A stretch of DNA of 64,000 nucleotides from Spirochaetia bacterium (GTDB lineage Bacteria > Spirochaetota > Spirochaetia > UBA9216). Below, in pieces: positions 21,964 through 34,827 of this stretch. Within the stretch, counting starts at the first letter, position 1; each line of letters begins with the position of its first letter. Both the position numbers and the translations under genes were made by a program. The notes below the pieces were generated by a model. The model saw nothing but the letters and a program-made list of their open reading frames with translations, was not told where the DNA came from and made no database searches. The stretch covers positions 4,640,001 through 4,704,000 of the forward strand of contig OY776510.1 in NCBI GenBank assembly GCA_963675665.1. Reading direction: 5' to 3'.

Positions 21964-22276
21964 TTATTCCTCCTTACTACGATCCTAATGGCTCAAAAAA
22001 TTGTATGACAATGCAGCGTAACCGTGCCGGCAAACTGCCGCTTTTAGGCCACTCTTCATGTTGTCAACAATATATTAGCAATATTCAGGATAAACCTGTC
22101 TTTTTCAGCCAAACTTCACCTGTATAACTGTATGTGAAAAGATAGTAAAGTAATCGGCCATGAGTTAAAACTGACAGCTAAGAACAGAACCACCTTACCA
22201 CCCTAATGACAGCTCAGAAGGACGATTGGTTTGGCAAAATCACCGGACTGAAATTCGATCAGTCCTACAAACAAGC

Positions 22277-22305
22277 ACTATAATTAAAATAGGCTTTTAA
22301 GTCAA
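22277..22305 (-). promoter_or_regulatory. Sigma70-type promoter for tuf-S10 with a ~300-nt leader
   Basis: TTGACT-N17-TATAGT on the minus strand in the rpsG-tuf gap. Confidence 0.7.
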
Positions 22306-22352
22306 GCATTGTGCCCGCCGGGATATTTTCTCAGCGGAAAAAAACAAAAAAA

Positions 22353-22832
<480 letters not shown>

Positions 22833-23207
22833 TTACGCCTTCGGTCTCTTGGTACCGTATTTTGAACGGCCCTGCCTGCGGTCATCTACACCAAGCGTAT
22901 CCTTGGCTCCTCTAACGATATGATAACGTACACCCGGAAGATCCTTAACCCTGCCTCCGCGTAAAAGCACTACAGAGTGCTCCTGAAGATTATGACCAAC
23001 ACCCGGAATGTAGGCCGTAACCTCAATCCCGTTTGAAAGTCTTACTCTCGCAACCTTACGCAAAGCCGAATTCGGCTTCTTAGGAGTTACGGTCATCACA
23101 CGGGTACAAACCCCTCTTTTCTGAGGGCAGGCATCAAGAGCAGGTGCTGTAGTTTTCTTGTTAACCTGCTTTCTGCCTTTTCTTACAAGTTGATTTATTG
23201 TAGGCAT
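22833..23207 (-). CDS. rpsL: 30S ribosomal protein S12
   Basis: MPTINQLVR...[11 protein letters not shown]...[12 protein letters not shown]. Confidence 0.99.
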   Translation of the reverse strand: MPTINQLVRKGRKQVNKKTTAPALDACPQKRGVCTRVMTVTPKKPNSALRKVARVRLSNGIEVTAYIPGVGHNLQEHSVVLLRGGRVKDLPGVRYHIVRGAKDTLGVDDRRQGRSKYGTKRPKA

Positions 23208-23251
23208 TTACGTGTAATACTCCCTAATTCCACTATTATTTTGTGAGCTTG

Positions 23252-23280
23252 ACTCTAACAGTCAGTCTGAAAAAAGTCAA
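23252..23280 (-). promoter_or_regulatory. Sigma70-type promoter for rpsL-rpsG
   Basis: TTGACT-N17-TAGAGT (TGt extended -10) on the minus strand. Confidence 0.65.
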
Positions 23281-23500
23281 GCCCGCGTAAATCTGACCGA
23301 CGAATCATGATTCAAGCTCCGTCGGCCGACTTCATAAAGAAGTCTAATTTCTTGACAGAAATTTAATTTCCTTTCGGAAATTTAATATACGATGCATCGG
23401 CAGTTTAAATCCGGGAACCTTCGGTTCTAACGGACTCAGCATGAACTGCCGCATCAACACCGTTTCCCAAAAGAAACAGTTTATTCTCTCTGCCGGTACC

Positions 23501-26500
23501 CTATTCAGCACCGTCATCGTCGGCCGAATCACCGCGACCTCTGCCGGAATCGTTAAAAATACCGGCTTCCGACAACGCCTGTTCTATTCCGGTCCCGGCG
23601 AACGAAAGCTTCTGCTCGTCGGGATTATCCCGTCCCTCAGCTTCTTCAGCCGCTTTCTCAGCTTTCCGAAGCTCAAGAATTTTCTGTATGGAGGCATCAA
23701 GATCTTCACTTGTATCGTCATACAGCCTTACATTCTTGTAGGCCCTCATTCCCGTACCGGCCGGTATCGGGTGACCGATTACTACGTTTTCCTTAAGTCC
23801 CCGCAGATTATCAACGCTTCCGGCTATCGCAGCATTCGTAAGAACCTTTGTGGTTTCCTGAAAGGAAGCAGCCGAAAGGAATGAGTCAATATTCAGCGAA
23901 GCCCTTGTAATACCAAGCAGCAACGGTCTGGCCACGGCAGGCTGTCCGCCTTCACGCATAACCTTTCGATTTTCGGAATGGAATTTATACTTGTCGACCT
24001 GCTGACCATAAATAAAGTTGGTATCTCCGACCTGACGAATCTCAACCTTTCTCATCATCTGGCGTACTATTACGCCGATATGTTTATCGTTAATTACTAC
24101 GCCCTGCATTCGGTAAACTTCCTGAACCTCGTCAACAAGATAAGACTGAAGTTCGTTTTCACCAAGAATATCGAGAATATCATGCGGATCAACCGCGCCG
24201 TCGCAGAGAAGTTCACCTGCCTCAACAAGGTCACCGTCCCTGACAAGAAGATGCTTGCCCATCGGTACAAGATGTTTGTAAACAGTAGCATCATCGCCGT
24301 CAGTTTCAGCAAAATCATCCTGAATTTCAACGACCCGCTTTCCTTTTATTATACCTTTCAAATGAATGGTCCCGCTTATTTTTGCCAGAACTGTCGGGTT
24401 TTTCGGTCTTCTGGCTTCAAAAAGTTCACCGACACGGGGCAGACCACCGGTTATATCCTTTGTTTTTACGGATTCCTTGAGAAGCTTAGCGAGTGTTTTA
24501 CCAACGCTTACCTTATCGCCGTCATCAACATTAAGATAGGCATTTCCCGGCAGATAATACGTTGCGATTTCTTCACCATTCTTCCCGACTATCTGAAGCA
24601 TCGGCTGGAGGGTTTCAAGGGCATGTTCGGTAATTTTTTTGTCTACATTACCCGTATCCTCGTTAATTTCCTCTTTAAGGGTGGTGCCGAGAATAATATC
24701 CTTGTACTTAACGGTACCCTCAACCTCGGCAATTATCGGTTCGGAGAATGGGTCGAATACGGCAATTGAATCATCAGCCGGAACAACCGTTCCCACGCCG
24801 ACCATCAGCTTGGCTCCGGTGCGGATATCAATCTTCTGATCCTGTGCTACAAGGACAACTTCATTGTCAAGAACTGAAACAAAGCCTATTTCCTCAGCCT
24901 TCAGAACGTCCGATCCCTGTTTAACAAGATCGTCACCCGGGACAACCTTCAGTCCGTCTTCCACAAGAACCTTTCCGCCTTTCGCGTATGGTATTCTCTG
25001 AAGAACCTTTGCCAGTATTACATTTCCCTTTCTGGTATACAACACGTCGCCGTTTTCAAGCTTGACTGTTGTTCCGTTTATTTCTTTGATAAGAGTCGGG
25101 TAATGCAGGTAAGTCCTGTTTTCTTCGCTTACTTTTGTAGCGGCTCCACCTATATGGAAAGTTCTCATCGTCAACTGCGTACCGGGCTGGCCGATTGACT
25201 GTGCAGCTATGATTCCTACAGCCTCACCTATTTCAACTGTTCTGTTGTTTGCAAGGTTTCGGCCGTAACACTTTCGGCATACTCCATGTTCGGCTTCACA
25301 GGTAAGAACCGTTCTTATCCTTACGCTTTCAACACCGGCGTCTTCAATGGCAATTGCAATATCGTCAGTTATCTCTTCGTTAACATCAACCATAATTTCA
25401 CCGGTTATCGGATGTTTTACGCGCTCAAGTGTAAAACGGCCGACAATTCGATCGGACAGGGATTCTACAACTTCTTCGCCGTCCTTTATGGCCCTGATTT
25501 CTATACCGTTGATGGTCCCGCAGTCGTCATCATTAATAACGACATCCTGTGCAATATCAACAAGCCGCCTTGTCAGGTATCCCGCATCTGCGGTTTTCAG
25601 CGCAGTATCGGCAAGACCCTTTCGGGCACCGTTTGTCGAGATAAAAAACTCGATAATCGAAAGGCCTTCCTTAAAATTGGACCGGATCGGAAGCTCAATA
25701 ATATCTCCCGAAGGTTTGGCCATAAGACCTCGCATACCTGCAAGCTGCCTGATCTGTGTCCGGCTTCCCCGTGCTCCCGAGTCGGCCATCATGTATACGG
25801 GGTTAAATCCGTCCCGATCCTGCTTCAGTGTTTTCATCAGTACGTTTGTAAGATCCTCATTGGTCTTACTCCACACCTCAACAACCCTGTTGTACCGTTC
25901 TTCAGTTGTTATATGACCCTGAATATACTGTTCCTGGATGGTCAGAACCTCCGAATTGGCAGATTCAATCATTTTCTTCTTGTCGGCCGGTATTACGATA
26001 TCCTGCATACTGATTGTAGCGCCGAAAACGGTCGCATATTTAAATCCGGTATCCTTGATTGCATCAAGCATATTTACCGTTATCGACGGACCGTGCTTTT
26101 TGATAGTGGCCGCGATAAGGGTACGAAGCTCCTTGTCGCCTAGCGACCAGTTAACATATTCTATCTCTTCCGGCATGGCCTTGTTGAATATTACCCGGCC
26201 GGCGGTTGTATCAATATATTCGCCGTCAATCTTTACCTTGCATAAAGCCTGATAATCTACGGCTCCCGCATCCTGGGCGAGAATAATCTCATCTCCGGAC
26301 CCGAACCACTTCCCTTCGCCGTGCGCTCCGGGCCTGGCCCTTGTCAGGTAGTTGATTCCCAGAACCATATCCTGCGACGGGAACACAATCGGGCTTCCGC
26401 TTGCAGGGTTAAGCAGGTTGTTGACCGACAGCATAAGCGTCCAGCACTCAATCTGCGCAGCCTGGGTCAGCGGAACATGAACGGCCATCTGGTCGCCGTC

Positions 26501-27850
26501 GAAGTCGGCATTATATGCGTGACAAACAAGCGGGTGCAGCTTTATGGCCTTTCCCTGAACAAGAACCGGCTCAAAAGCCTGGATACCGAGCCTGTGCAGG
26601 GTAGGAGCCCTGTTCAGCAGTACCGGATGCTCCCGAACTACCTCGTCAAGAACTGCCCATACTTCAGGTGTTTCCTGCTCAACAAGGTTCTTGGCCTTTT
26701 TAATATTATAAACAACGTCTTTTTCGACGAGCTTTTTCATTATAAACGGTTTGTACAGCTCAAGCGCCATCTTGGTCGGAAGGCCGCATTGATGCATTCT
26801 CAGGCTCGGTCCTACTACAATAACCGAACGGCCGGAATAGTCTACGCGCTTTCCGAGAAGGTTCTGTCTGAATCGTCCCTGTTTACCTTTAAGAAAATCC
26901 GAAAGTGATTTGAGCGGTCTGTTTGAAGCGCCCTTAACAACCCTTTTCTTCTTTGAATTATCAAAAAGCGCGTCTACAGCTTCCTGAAGCATTCTTTTTT
27001 CATTTCTTATTATGATATCGGGAGCATTAAGAGCCATCAGCCTCTTAAGCCTGTTGTTTCTGTTTATCACACGCCTGTATAAATCATTCAGGTCGGAAGT
27101 TGCAAAACGTCCGCCGTCAAGCTGTACCATCGGGCGCAGTTCCGGCGGTATTACCGGGATAACATCCAGAATCATCCACTCGGGTTTGTTTTTTGAATCA
27201 CGGAAGTTTTCTACAATCTCTATACGCTTTAAAAGCCGTTTATCAGCTTTTGCTCCTTTTTCAACCATCTTTGCTCTCAGCTCGACAGACAGAACATCAA
27301 GGTCGATTCGTTCAAGAAGGGTCCTTATAGCCTCGGCACCTATACCGGCGGAAAAACTCATACCGTAACGTTCACGGGCGGTATTATATTCCTCTTCAGT
27401 AAGAAGCTCCATTTTCTTCAGATCGGTGTCACCCGGATCAATAACTATATATTTTTCATAATACAAAATAGATCTGAGCGCAGCAACCGTAAGGTCAAGA
27501 AGAAGACCCATCCGGGAAGGAACAGAGCGGTAATACCATATATGCGATACAGGTGATGCCAGCTCAATATGCCCCATTCTTTCTCGTCTGACCTTGAAAT
27601 GGGTAACCTCTACACCACAGCGATCACAAATAACGCCCTTATAGCGAATAGACTTGAACTTGCCGCAGTAACATTCCCATTCCTTTGTGGTTCCGAATAT
27701 CCTTTCGCAGAACAGGCCGTCTTTTTCCGGCCTTAGCGTACGATAATTGATAGTCTCCGGCTTTTTTACTTCGCCGTAAGACCACGCCCTTATCTGCTCA
27801 GGCGACGCCAGCATTATCTGTATATGATCAAAATCCTGTATTTCTCTCAT
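23501..27850 (-). CDS. rpoC: RNA polymerase beta' subunit
   Basis: [12 protein letters not shown] catalytic motif, Zn finger [23 protein letters not shown]. Confidence 0.99.
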   Translation of the reverse strand: MREIQDFDHIQIMLASPEQIRAWSYGEVKKPETINYRTLRPEKDGLFCERIFGTTKEWECYCGKFKSIRYKGVICDRCGVEVTHFKVRRERMGHIELASPVSHIWYYRSVPSRMGLLLDLTVAALRSILYYEKYIVIDPGDTDLKKMELLTEEEYNTARERYGMSFSAGIGAEAIRTLLERIDLDVLSVELRAKMVEKGAKADKRLLKRIEIVENFRDSKNKPEWMILDVIPVIPPELRPMVQLDGGRFATSDLNDLYRRVINRNNRLKRLMALNAPDIIIRNEKRMLQEAVDALFDNSKKKRVVKGASNRPLKSLSDFLKGKQGRFRQNLLGKRVDYSGRSVIVVGPSLRMHQCGLPTKMALELYKPFIMKKLVEKDVVYNIKKAKNLVEQETPEVWAVLDEVVREHPVLLNRAPTLHRLGIQAFEPVLVQGKAIKLHPLVCHAYNADFDGDQMAVHVPLTQAAQIECWTLMLSVNNLLNPASGSPIVFPSQDMVLGINYLTRARPGAHGEGKWFGSGDEIILAQDAGAVDYQALCKVKIDGEYIDTTAGRVIFNKAMPEEIEYVNWSLGDKELRTLIAATIKKHGPSITVNMLDAIKDTGFKYATVFGATISMQDIVIPADKKKMIESANSEVLTIQEQYIQGHITTEERYNRVVEVWSKTNEDLTNVLMKTLKQDRDGFNPVYMMADSGARGSRTQIRQLAGMRGLMAKPSGDIIELPIRSNFKEGLSIIEFFISTNGARKGLADTALKTADAGYLTRRLVDIAQDVVINDDDCGTINGIEIRAIKDGEEVVESLSDRIVGRFTLERVKHPITGEIMVDVNEEITDDIAIAIEDAGVESVRIRTVLTCEAEHGVCRKCYGRNLANNRTVEIGEAVGIIAAQSIGQPGTQLTMRTFHIGGAATKVSEENRTYLHYPTLIKEINGTTVKLENGDVLYTRKGNVILAKVLQRIPYAKGGKVLVEDGLKVVPGDDLVKQGSDVLKAEEIGFVSVLDNEVVLVAQDQKIDIRTGAKLMVGVGTVVPADDSIAVFDPFSEPIIAEVEGTVKYKDIILGTTLKEEINEDTGNVDKKITEHALETLQPMLQIVGKNGEEIATYYLPGNAYLNVDDGDKVSVGKTLAKLLKESVKTKDITGGLPRVGELFEARRPKNPTVLAKISGTIHLKGIIKGKRVVEIQDDFAETDGDDATVYKHLVPMGKHLLVRDGDLVEAGELLCDGAVDPHDILDILGENELQSYLVDEVQEVYRMQGVVINDKHIGVIVRQMMRKVEIRQVGDTNFIYGQQVDKYKFHSENRKVMREGGQPAVARPLLLGITRASLNIDSFLSAASFQETTKVLTNAAIAGSVDNLRGLKENVVIGHPIPAGTGMRAYKNVRLYDDTSEDLDASIQKILELRKAEKAAEEAEGRDNPDEQKLSFAGTGIEQALSEAGIFNDSGRGRGDSADDDGAE

Positions 27851-27979
27851 TTTTTCTCCCTTAATGTCTCCCCGTCAAAAGCTGCCCGGCAGCTTAGATG
27901 ACTGGGTAAACAGAGTGAAGAACGTAAAGCAGAGCTTTGCGTTCTTCTGAGTAACATAGGACACGGATGTCCAATGTTA

Positions 27980-30900
27980 CTAAAACTGACTTCCCTGCCG
28001 GGTTATCAACTCTTCGTCCCTTTCCGTCAGCGGAACACGCTTTCCCTTCGAATCATAGATGGTTAAATCAAGCGCAAGACCTCTGAGTTCCTGAACAAGA
28101 ACATTGAAAGATTCAGGCACGCCGGCGCTTGATGCAGGCTCGCCCTTCACGATGCTTTCATATATCTTGGCCCTTCCTGCCATATCATCTGATTTAATTG
28201 TTAGCAGTTCCTGAAGCGTGTTGGCCGCGCCGTATGCTTCAAGCGCCCAGACTTCCATTTCTCCAAGTCGCTGACCGCCGAACTGAGCCTTACCGCCAAG
28301 AGGTTGCTGGGTTACAAGCGAGTATGGTCCGGTTGAACGGGCATGCATTTTGTCGTCAACAAGATGATGAAGTTTAAGCATGTAAACCATACCGCAGAAT
28401 ACATCATTCTCAAACGGAACACCGGTACGGCCGTCGCGCAGCATTGTCTTGGAAGAAACCGGCAGACCCGCTTCCACGAGCTTTGCTTCAATCTGCTCAT
28501 TTGATGCTGACTGGAAAACCGGAGTTGAGTACCATTCACCAAGTTTTGCACCGGCCCAACCCAGCTCTGTTTCCAGTATCTGACCAAGGTTCATTCGGGA
28601 AGGAACACCAAGCGGGTTCAGACAGATATCAAGCGGAGTTCCGTCAGCCATATAAGGCATATCCTCTTCAGGAAGAACCCGTGCTACAACACCCTTGTTT
28701 CCATGACGCCCGGCCATCTTGTCGCCTTCTCTCAGCTTTCTTTTTGTTGCTATCAATACCTTTACAACTTCATCAACGCCCGGAGAAAGATCATCTCCCT
28801 CGGAACGTCTTAGTCTCTGCACATCGATAACAGTGCCTTCCACACCGTGAGGAAGACGCAGCGAAGTGTCGCGCACTTCTTTTGCCTTCTCACCGAAAAT
28901 TGAATTCAGAAGCTTGAATTCCGGTGTGGTTTCAGTTTCCGACTTCGGAGTAACCTTGCCGACAAGAATATAACCCGACCCGACCTTTGCGCCGACCCGG
29001 ATAATCCCTTCTTCATCAAGCTGATCAAGGGCTTTTTCATTTACATTCGGAATATCCCGCGTAAGTTTCTCGGGACCAAGCTTGGTTTCCCTGACATCTA
29101 CGCTGAATTCCTTTATATGAATAGAGGTAAAAATATCCTCTTTTACAACCTTTTCAGATATAAGAATAGCGTCCTCGTAGTTATAACCGTTCCAGGGAAC
29201 AAATCCCAAAAGAACGTTTCTTCCAAGCGCAAGCTCACCCTGATATGTTGCGGGTCCGTCCGCCAGGACAGCTCCATCACCCACTTTCTGACCGACACTG
29301 ACAAGAGGACGCTGGTTAAAACAGGTGTCCTGGTTTGTCCGCTGGTATTTCAGAAGTGTATATTCGTCGACTTCGTTCGGAGACGCGGCGTTATCCGGTT
29401 TTATAATAACCTTCCGGGAGGTTACATAGATAACCTCTCCTGCGCGTTTTGCCTTTGCAAGCACTCCCGAATCATAGGCTGTTTTGCCCTCCATTCCTGT
29501 TCCGACAATCGGCGGTTCCGGAAAAACCAGAGGTACAGCCTGACGCTGCATGTTCGAACCCATCAGCGCACGGTTGGCATCATCATGTTCCAGGAACGGA
29601 ATCAGGGATGTTGCAACCGAAATAACCTGCTTGGGCGATACATCCATATACTGAATTTCTTCAGGGGCCTTTGCAACATAATCTCCTGCTTTTCTTACGG
29701 ATACAAGCTCATCCCTGAAGCGCCCTTTAGCATCTATTCGTGCATTACCCTGAGCTACGAAGTATTTCTCTTCATCCATTGCGGACAGGTATTCAACCTC
29801 ATCGGTTGCTTTTCCTTTCACAACCTTTCGGTAAGGTGTTTCGAGGAAACCGTAATCATTAACACGGGTGTAATTTGCAAGAGAAACTATAAGACCGATA
29901 TTCGGGCCTTCCGGCGTTTCAATCGGACACATTCTTCCGTAATGGGTATAGTGTACATCACGAACCTCGAATCCGGCCCTGTCCCTTGACAGACCTCCGG
30001 GCCCAAGCGCATTCAGCCGCCTTTTATGAGTCAGTTCTGACAACGGATTTACCTGATCCATGAACTGGGACAGCTGGGACGAGCCGAAGAATTCCTTGAC
30101 AGCGGCAACAATCGGTTTGATGGAGATAAGATCCTGCGGTTTTACAGTATCAGTTTCCTTCATCTGCATGCGTTCCTTGGCTATACGTTCCATTCTTGTA
30201 AATGCGGTTTTCAGCTGGTTTGCAAGAAGCTCGCCTACAGAACGGACACGCCTGTTTCCAAGATGATCAATATCGTCTACATTGGACTCGCCTATATATA
30301 CCTTGATAAGAAAAGCCATTGTATTAACAATGTCCTCTCTTGTCAGAATAGACTCTTCAAGCGGTTCTGGATAATCAAACTTCTTGTTCAGTTTATAACG
30401 CCCTACACGACCAAGATCATATCTTCTTGTGGAGAAAAACATTGTTTCAAGATCTTTCTGTGCGCTTTCTATTGTTATAGGTTCTCCGGGCATCAGGACC
30501 GAATAAACAGAGATAATTGCATCATCCCTGGTCGGCTCGTCTATCCCGGGCTCGTCTCTGGTAAATTTTGAATCTTCCCGCTCAAAACAGTTAAGTATTA
30601 TCTGCGAATGAAGCGAATCGGGGTTACTGTCGTCAATTACATCAACCTCTGAAACTCCGGAATGATGCAGCTCGTCTACATCATGGGGATGAAGTTTTTC
30701 ACCTGCACGATAAAGCTTTTTGGTTTCGCCTTCCGCTTCAATATATACAGCGCGGGCAAGAACCTTGCCGAACAGCCCCTCTTTGACTTCTTTATCATCG
30801 GAAACTGCCATTTTAACGGGTTTGTAGAAAATATCTATTATTTCTTCCCGTGTTTTATAGCCTAAAGCTCTCAGAAACAAAGTGCCGAGAATTCTCTTTT

Positions 30901-31480
30901 TCCTGTCAATCTTTGCGTATATAAGCTCTTTCTTCTGATCTATTTCAAATTCAAGCCATGACCCTCTGTACGGGATAATCCTTGATGAATAAACTCCCTT
31001 TTCATGGGAGAAAATAACACCCGGGGACCGGTGAATCTGGCTGACAACTACGCGCTCGGCGCCGTTTATTATAAATGTTCCCCTTTCAGTCATCAGGGGA
31101 ATATCGCCGATATAGATATCTTTTTGCCTGATCTCGCCCGACTCAGTAAAAAGCAGATTTATTCTTGCCTTTATGGGAACAGCATAGCTTATTCCCTTCT
31201 GCTTGCATTCCGCTTCAGAAAACTTCATGTTTTCTTCATCCAGAAAATACCTGTCATATTCAAGAATCATATCGCCGTTTGGACTTTCTATCGGAAAAAT
31301 CGCCTGAAATACTTCCTCCAGCCCCATGTTTTCCGGAAGCTGCTTATTGCCCACCAGTTCACGCTGAAGAAATTTCTCATACGATGAAAGTTGAATACCA
31401 ACCAGATTCGGAAGATCCAGAACCTCGTAATACTCCATTCCTAAATATGTTCTCTCTATGGTTTTGCCGTTATTAAGCAT
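27980..31480 (-). CDS. rpoB: RNA polymerase beta subunit
   Basis: [35 protein letters not shown]. Start placed at ATG 31480 after GGGAGG; GTG 31486 is the alternative. Confidence 0.99.
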   Translation of the reverse strand: MLNNGKTIERTYLGMEYYEVLDLPNLVGIQLSSYEKFLQRELVGNKQLPENMGLEEVFQAIFPIESPNGDMILEYDRYFLDEENMKFSEAECKQKGISYAVPIKARINLLFTESGEIRQKDIYIGDIPLMTERGTFIINGAERVVVSQIHRSPGVIFSHEKGVYSSRIIPYRGSWLEFEIDQKKELIYAKIDRKKRILGTLFLRALGYKTREEIIDIFYKPVKMAVSDDKEVKEGLFGKVLARAVYIEAEGETKKLYRAGEKLHPHDVDELHHSGVSEVDVIDDSNPDSLHSQIILNCFEREDSKFTRDEPGIDEPTRDDAIISVYSVLMPGEPITIESAQKDLETMFFSTRRYDLGRVGRYKLNKKFDYPEPLEESILTREDIVNTMAFLIKVYIGESNVDDIDHLGNRRVRSVGELLANQLKTAFTRMERIAKERMQMKETDTVKPQDLISIKPIVAAVKEFFGSSQLSQFMDQVNPLSELTHKRRLNALGPGGLSRDRAGFEVRDVHYTHYGRMCPIETPEGPNIGLIVSLANYTRVNDYGFLETPYRKVVKGKATDEVEYLSAMDEEKYFVAQGNARIDAKGRFRDELVSVRKAGDYVAKAPEEIQYMDVSPKQVISVATSLIPFLEHDDANRALMGSNMQRQAVPLVFPEPPIVGTGMEGKTAYDSGVLAKAKRAGEVIYVTSRKVIIKPDNAASPNEVDEYTLLKYQRTNQDTCFNQRPLVSVGQKVGDGAVLADGPATYQGELALGRNVLLGFVPWNGYNYEDAILISEKVVKEDIFTSIHIKEFSVDVRETKLGPEKLTRDIPNVNEKALDQLDEEGIIRVGAKVGSGYILVGKVTPKSETETTPEFKLLNSIFGEKAKEVRDTSLRLPHGVEGTVIDVQRLRRSEGDDLSPGVDEVVKVLIATKRKLREGDKMAGRHGNKGVVARVLPEEDMPYMADGTPLDICLNPLGVPSRMNLGQILETELGWAGAKLGEWYSTPVFQSASNEQIEAKLVEAGLPVSSKTMLRDGRTGVPFENDVFCGMVYMLKLHHLVDDKMHARSTGPYSLVTQQPLGGKAQFGGQRLGEMEVWALEAYGAANTLQELLTIKSDDMAGRAKIYESIVKGEPASSAGVPESFNVLVQELRGLALDLTIYDSKGKRVPLTERDEELITRQGSQF

Positions 31481-31608
31481 CACCACCTCCCTGATTTTGG
31501 AAAGCTAATCAAATTCCGCATCCATTTTCAACGGTTTCGGAATTTGATTTCTGGACATTTTCACAACTTTAACAATTATGAAAATCTCCATATTCGTCCT
31601 TTAAATGC

Positions 31609-31640
31609 AACAAAACCCACCGGGAGCGCAGTCCCGGTGG
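31609..31640 (-). terminator. Terminator/attenuator between rplL and rpoB
   Basis: CCACCGGGA-6 nt-TCCCGGTGG followed by GTTTTGTT on the minus strand. Confidence 0.65.
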
Positions 31641-31677
31641 ATACTAGAGTCATTTTTCTGTTAAGTTCCGCAGTCGA

Positions 31678-32055
31678 CTATTTAATTTCAACAACGGCGC
31701 CGGCAGCCTCAAGTTTTTCCTTCATCGAAGCAGCTTCTTCTTTTGAAACTCCTTCTTTGAGGGCTGATTCTCCGCCTTCTACAAGCTCTTTGGCTTCTTT
31801 AAGGCCGAGACCTGTAATACCGCGAACTTCCTTGATTACAGGTATCTTCTGTCCGTCTGCAAAACCCTTCAGAACTACGTCAAACTCTGTCTGTTCTTCA
31901 ACAGCTTCAGCTACGGCAGCACCGGGTGCTGCAGCAACTGCTACAGGAGCTGCAGCGGTAACACCAAATTTCTCTTCCATGTCAGAAATGAGCTCTGAAA
32001 GCTCGAGTACTGTCATGCCTGCGATTGCTTCTAAAATTTCTTCTTTTGTAGCCAT
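31678..32055 (-). CDS. rplL: 50S ribosomal protein L7/L12
   Basis: [10 protein letters not shown]...[10 protein letters not shown]...[12 protein letters not shown]. Confidence 0.98.
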   Translation of the reverse strand: MATKEEILEAIAGMTVLELSELISDMEEKFGVTAAAPVAVAAAPGAAVAEAVEEQTEFDVVLKGFADGQKIPVIKEVRGITGLGLKEAKELVEGGESALKEGVSKEEAASMKEKLEAAGAVVEIK

Positions 32056-32245
32056 ATTACCTTCTCCTTGTTATATTTATTTTTTTCAGCAGGAATAGCA
32101 TGAGCTACCATGAAGACTAATCCTGCACTAAAGTCAGTTAAAAACCGGTTGTTTTCAACTGACTTTTTGGAGTTTTTACTTCCAGCAAAAACTCCATGCT
32201 CTATAACAATCCAAAACTGAAGTTTCGAATTGGATCTAACATCTT

Positions 32246-32779
32246 TTATTCGCTTTTACTATCCTGAACAGCTTTAAGTGTTCTTACAAACTTTTCAGGC
32301 ACTGCATTTAAAATATACACAAAATTCTGTAAAGGAGCGTTCATCGTTCCCATAAGTTTTGCAATAAGTTCCAGTTTTGTCGGCAGCTTGGAATATGCTT
32401 CCATCTGTTTCTCATCAAAAATATCGCTTCCGATAATTCCGCCTTTTACCGCTACAGGAGCATCTTTGGCAAACTCAAACAGCTCTTTGGCTGCAGCGCC
32501 CGCCTCATCCCCGGAGATAACAACAGCGGTAGGGCCGACAAGCATGTCGCCTACTTCAGGTTTATCAAGCTCCCTGAGTGCAATTTTGGCAAACCTGTTT
32601 TTTACAACTTTGTATGTAGACCCGGTCTTTCGGAGCTTGTTTCTGAGTTCAGTTATCTGCTCAACTGTAAGACCTCTGTAATCTGTAAAAATAAAATTAT
32701 CAATGCCTTCAAAATCGCTTTTCAGAGCGTTAATCGCCTCGACCTTCTCAGGCTGGATTTTTACTGTATAATCAGACAT
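32246..32779 (-). CDS. rplJ: 50S ribosomal protein L10
   Basis: [14 protein letters not shown]...[12 protein letters not shown]...GPTAV. Confidence 0.97.
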   Translation of the reverse strand: MSDYTVKIQPEKVEAINALKSDFEGIDNFIFTDYRGLTVEQITELRNKLRKTGSTYKVVKNRFAKIALRELDKPEVGDMLVGPTAVVISGDEAGAAAKELFEFAKDAPVAVKGGIIGSDIFDEKQMEAYSKLPTKLELIAKLMGTMNAPLQNFVYILNAVPEKFVRTLKAVQDSKSE

Positions 32780-32796
32780 ATATCTTCTCCTTCAGC

Positions 32797-33477
32797 CTAT
32801 ACCGCTTCTTTGATATTGACGCGAACACCAGGTCCCATTGTAGATGACAGCGCTACCGATTTAATAAAATCACCTTTTACCTCTGCAGGTTTCTTTTTGG
32901 TAATCTCCGCAACAATATGTTCGGCATTTACTTTCACCTTTTCAGGATCCATCGAAACCTTTCCAACCGCAATATGTACAACACCGGTTTTGTCCGATCT
33001 GTACTCTACGCGTCCTTTAGACAATTCTGCGAGGGCGCCTTTTATGTCAAAAGTAACAGTCTGTGTCTTCGGATTAGGCATAAGTCCCCTTCGTCCAAGG
33101 ATAGGACCGAGCCGTCCCACGTCCTTCATCATGTCAGGGGTAGCAACAGCTACGTCGAAATCAAGCCAGCCGCCTTTAATCTTTTCAATAAGATCATCGT
33201 CTCCTACATAAGCAGCTCCGGCGGCCTTTGCCTCTTCCACCTTATCACCTTTTGCAAAAACAAGAACCCGTTTCTCCGCACTGAACTGCTCGGGAAGAAC
33301 AGTCGTGTCACGAACAGTCTGGCTCTTTTTAAGGTTGAGCTTTACCGAAATCTCTACTGTTTCATCAAATTTGGCATACGCAAGTTCTTTTACAAGCTTT
33401 GCCGCTTCATCATATGAATAAAGTGTCTGCTTTTCATATTTTGATGCTGCTTCTATATATTTTTTCCCGCGCTTCAT
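32797..33477 (-). CDS. rplA: 50S ribosomal protein L1
   Basis: AKFDETVEI...[11 protein letters not shown]...SSTMGPG. Confidence 0.98.
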   Translation of the reverse strand: MKRGKKYIEAASKYEKQTLYSYDEAAKLVKELAYAKFDETVEISVKLNLKKSQTVRDTTVLPEQFSAEKRVLVFAKGDKVEEAKAAGAAYVGDDDLIEKIKGGWLDFDVAVATPDMMKDVGRLGPILGRRGLMPNPKTQTVTFDIKGALAELSKGRVEYRSDKTGVVHIAVGKVSMDPEKVKVNAEHIVAEITKKKPAEVKGDFIKSVALSSTMGPGVRVNIKEAV

Positions 33478-33909
33478 CTAGCCCTCCACTTCAACGCCCA
33501 TACTTCGGGCTGTTCCTGCAATAATTTTAATCGCAGCATCTACATCATTAGAATTAAGATCGGGCTTTTTCATTTCTGCGATCTCTTTCAGCTGTGCTTT
33601 GGTTATCTTTCCGACCTTAACCTTGTGCGGTTCTGCTGATCCGCTGGCAAGATTAATTGTCTTTTTGATAAGAACTGCGGCAGGAGGAGTCTTGGTTATA
33701 AACGAGAAAGACTTGTCTGCATATACTGTGATAACAACCGGAATAGTCAAACCCGGTTCAAATTTTGCGGTCCTGTCGTTGAACTGCTGACAGAACTGCG
33801 GTGCTGATACACCGTGAGGACCAAGTGCAGGTCCAACTGGCGGAGCTGGAGTTGCCTTGCCGGCAGGTACCTGGAGCTTTATCATCCCCGTAACCTTTTT
33901 CTTAGCCAT
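33478..33909 (-). CDS. rplK: 50S ribosomal protein L11
   Basis: [15 protein letters not shown]...GTARSMG. Confidence 0.98.
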   Translation of the reverse strand: MAKKKVTGMIKLQVPAGKATPAPPVGPALGPHGVSAPQFCQQFNDRTAKFEPGLTIPVVITVYADKSFSFITKTPPAAVLIKKTINLASGSAEPHKVKVGKITKAQLKEIAEMKKPDLNSNDVDAAIKIIAGTARSMGVEVEG

Positions 33910-33922
33910 TAAAATCTCCTTC

Positions 33923-33976
33923 GTGGTATTAACGTCAAAAACCGAAGGTTGTTAAACCTGAGGTTTAAGACTCCCA
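33923..33976 (-). promoter_or_regulatory. Putative L1-binding autoregulatory element in the rplK leader
   Basis: Minus strand TGGGAGTC...GACGTTAATACCAC just upstream of the rplK SD matches the GGGAG...ACCAC L1-operator pattern. Confidence 0.55.
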
Positions 33977-34022
33977 TCTTCCTTGTCCGGAACATCGAAC
34001 AGATGTTTTCCGTTCCGAATGC

Positions 34023-34577
34023 TTATATTTTCTCAACCTGAAGAAAATCAAGTTCAACAGGGGTTGCGCGGCCGAAAATTCCGACCATAACCTTAAGTTT
34101 CCCTTTCTCCAGGTTAATTTCTTCAATTGATCCGGTAAAAGTATCGAAAGGCCCGTCAACAATACGGATTGTCTCTCCGACTGCAAAACTTTGCTTGGGC
34201 TTAAGAACCTTGTCGGATTTAATCTCCCCAGCTTTCTGAAGAATAGCCCGGGCTTCATCCTGGCTTATCGGCTGAGGCTTAAAACCTTTCCTGGCGCCTA
34301 CAAATCCGGTTACACCCTGTATCATCCTGATCTTCGAACAGGCGGCTTCCCACCTTACATCAGGCAGGTCCATTTCAACCAGAATATATCCCGGAAGAAA
34401 CTTTTTTGAAGAAACCTTCTTTTTACCGTCTTTTACTTCGACAACATCTTCTGCCGGAACCTTTATATCGAGAATAACCTCGGCTAATTCGGGCTCTTCC
34501 ATCAGAAGCCTAATATATCTTTCCACTTTATTCTCATACCCGGAGTAAGTATGAACCACATACCAGCCTTTAGCCAT
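34023..34577 (-). CDS. nusG: Transcription termination/antitermination factor NusG
   Basis: WYVVHTYSGYENKV...PGYILVEM...KOW GPFDTFTG...IFGRATPVEL. Confidence 0.98.
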   Translation of the reverse strand: MAKGWYVVHTYSGYENKVERYIRLLMEEPELAEVILDIKVPAEDVVEVKDGKKKVSSKKFLPGYILVEMDLPDVRWEAACSKIRMIQGVTGFVGARKGFKPQPISQDEARAILQKAGEIKSDKVLKPKQSFAVGETIRIVDGPFDTFTGSIEEINLEKGKLKVMVGIFGRATPVELDFLQVEKI

Positions 34578-34644
34578 AATCACCTTTCCTTAAAAGACAA
34601 ACGCTGCCGGAATTTTCCCGGTCTTTAGGGCTGCAAAATCGTTT

Positions 34645-34827
34645 TTAACTGAAAAGCTTATCAATTCCTGTAACAAGAAGAAAATCCACTAACCCGAGTA
34701 TGGCGGCAAAAAGAACAACAGAGATAACAACAACTCTGGTTGAAGACCCCACTTCTTCCCTGCTGGGCCAGGATACTTTCTTAAGCTCTGAAATACTGTC
34801 TCTGAAAAACTGAATAATTCTTTTCAT
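34645..34827 (-). CDS. secE: Preprotein translocase SecE
   Basis: ELKKVSWPSREE plus one TM helix. Confidence 0.95.
   Translation of the reverse strand: MKRIIQFFRDSISELKKVSWPSREEVGSSTRVVVISVVLFAAILGLVDFLLVTGIDKLFS

Noticed and set aside
31544-32098. 184-aa plus-strand ORF
   Set aside because: Antisense shadow of rplL.
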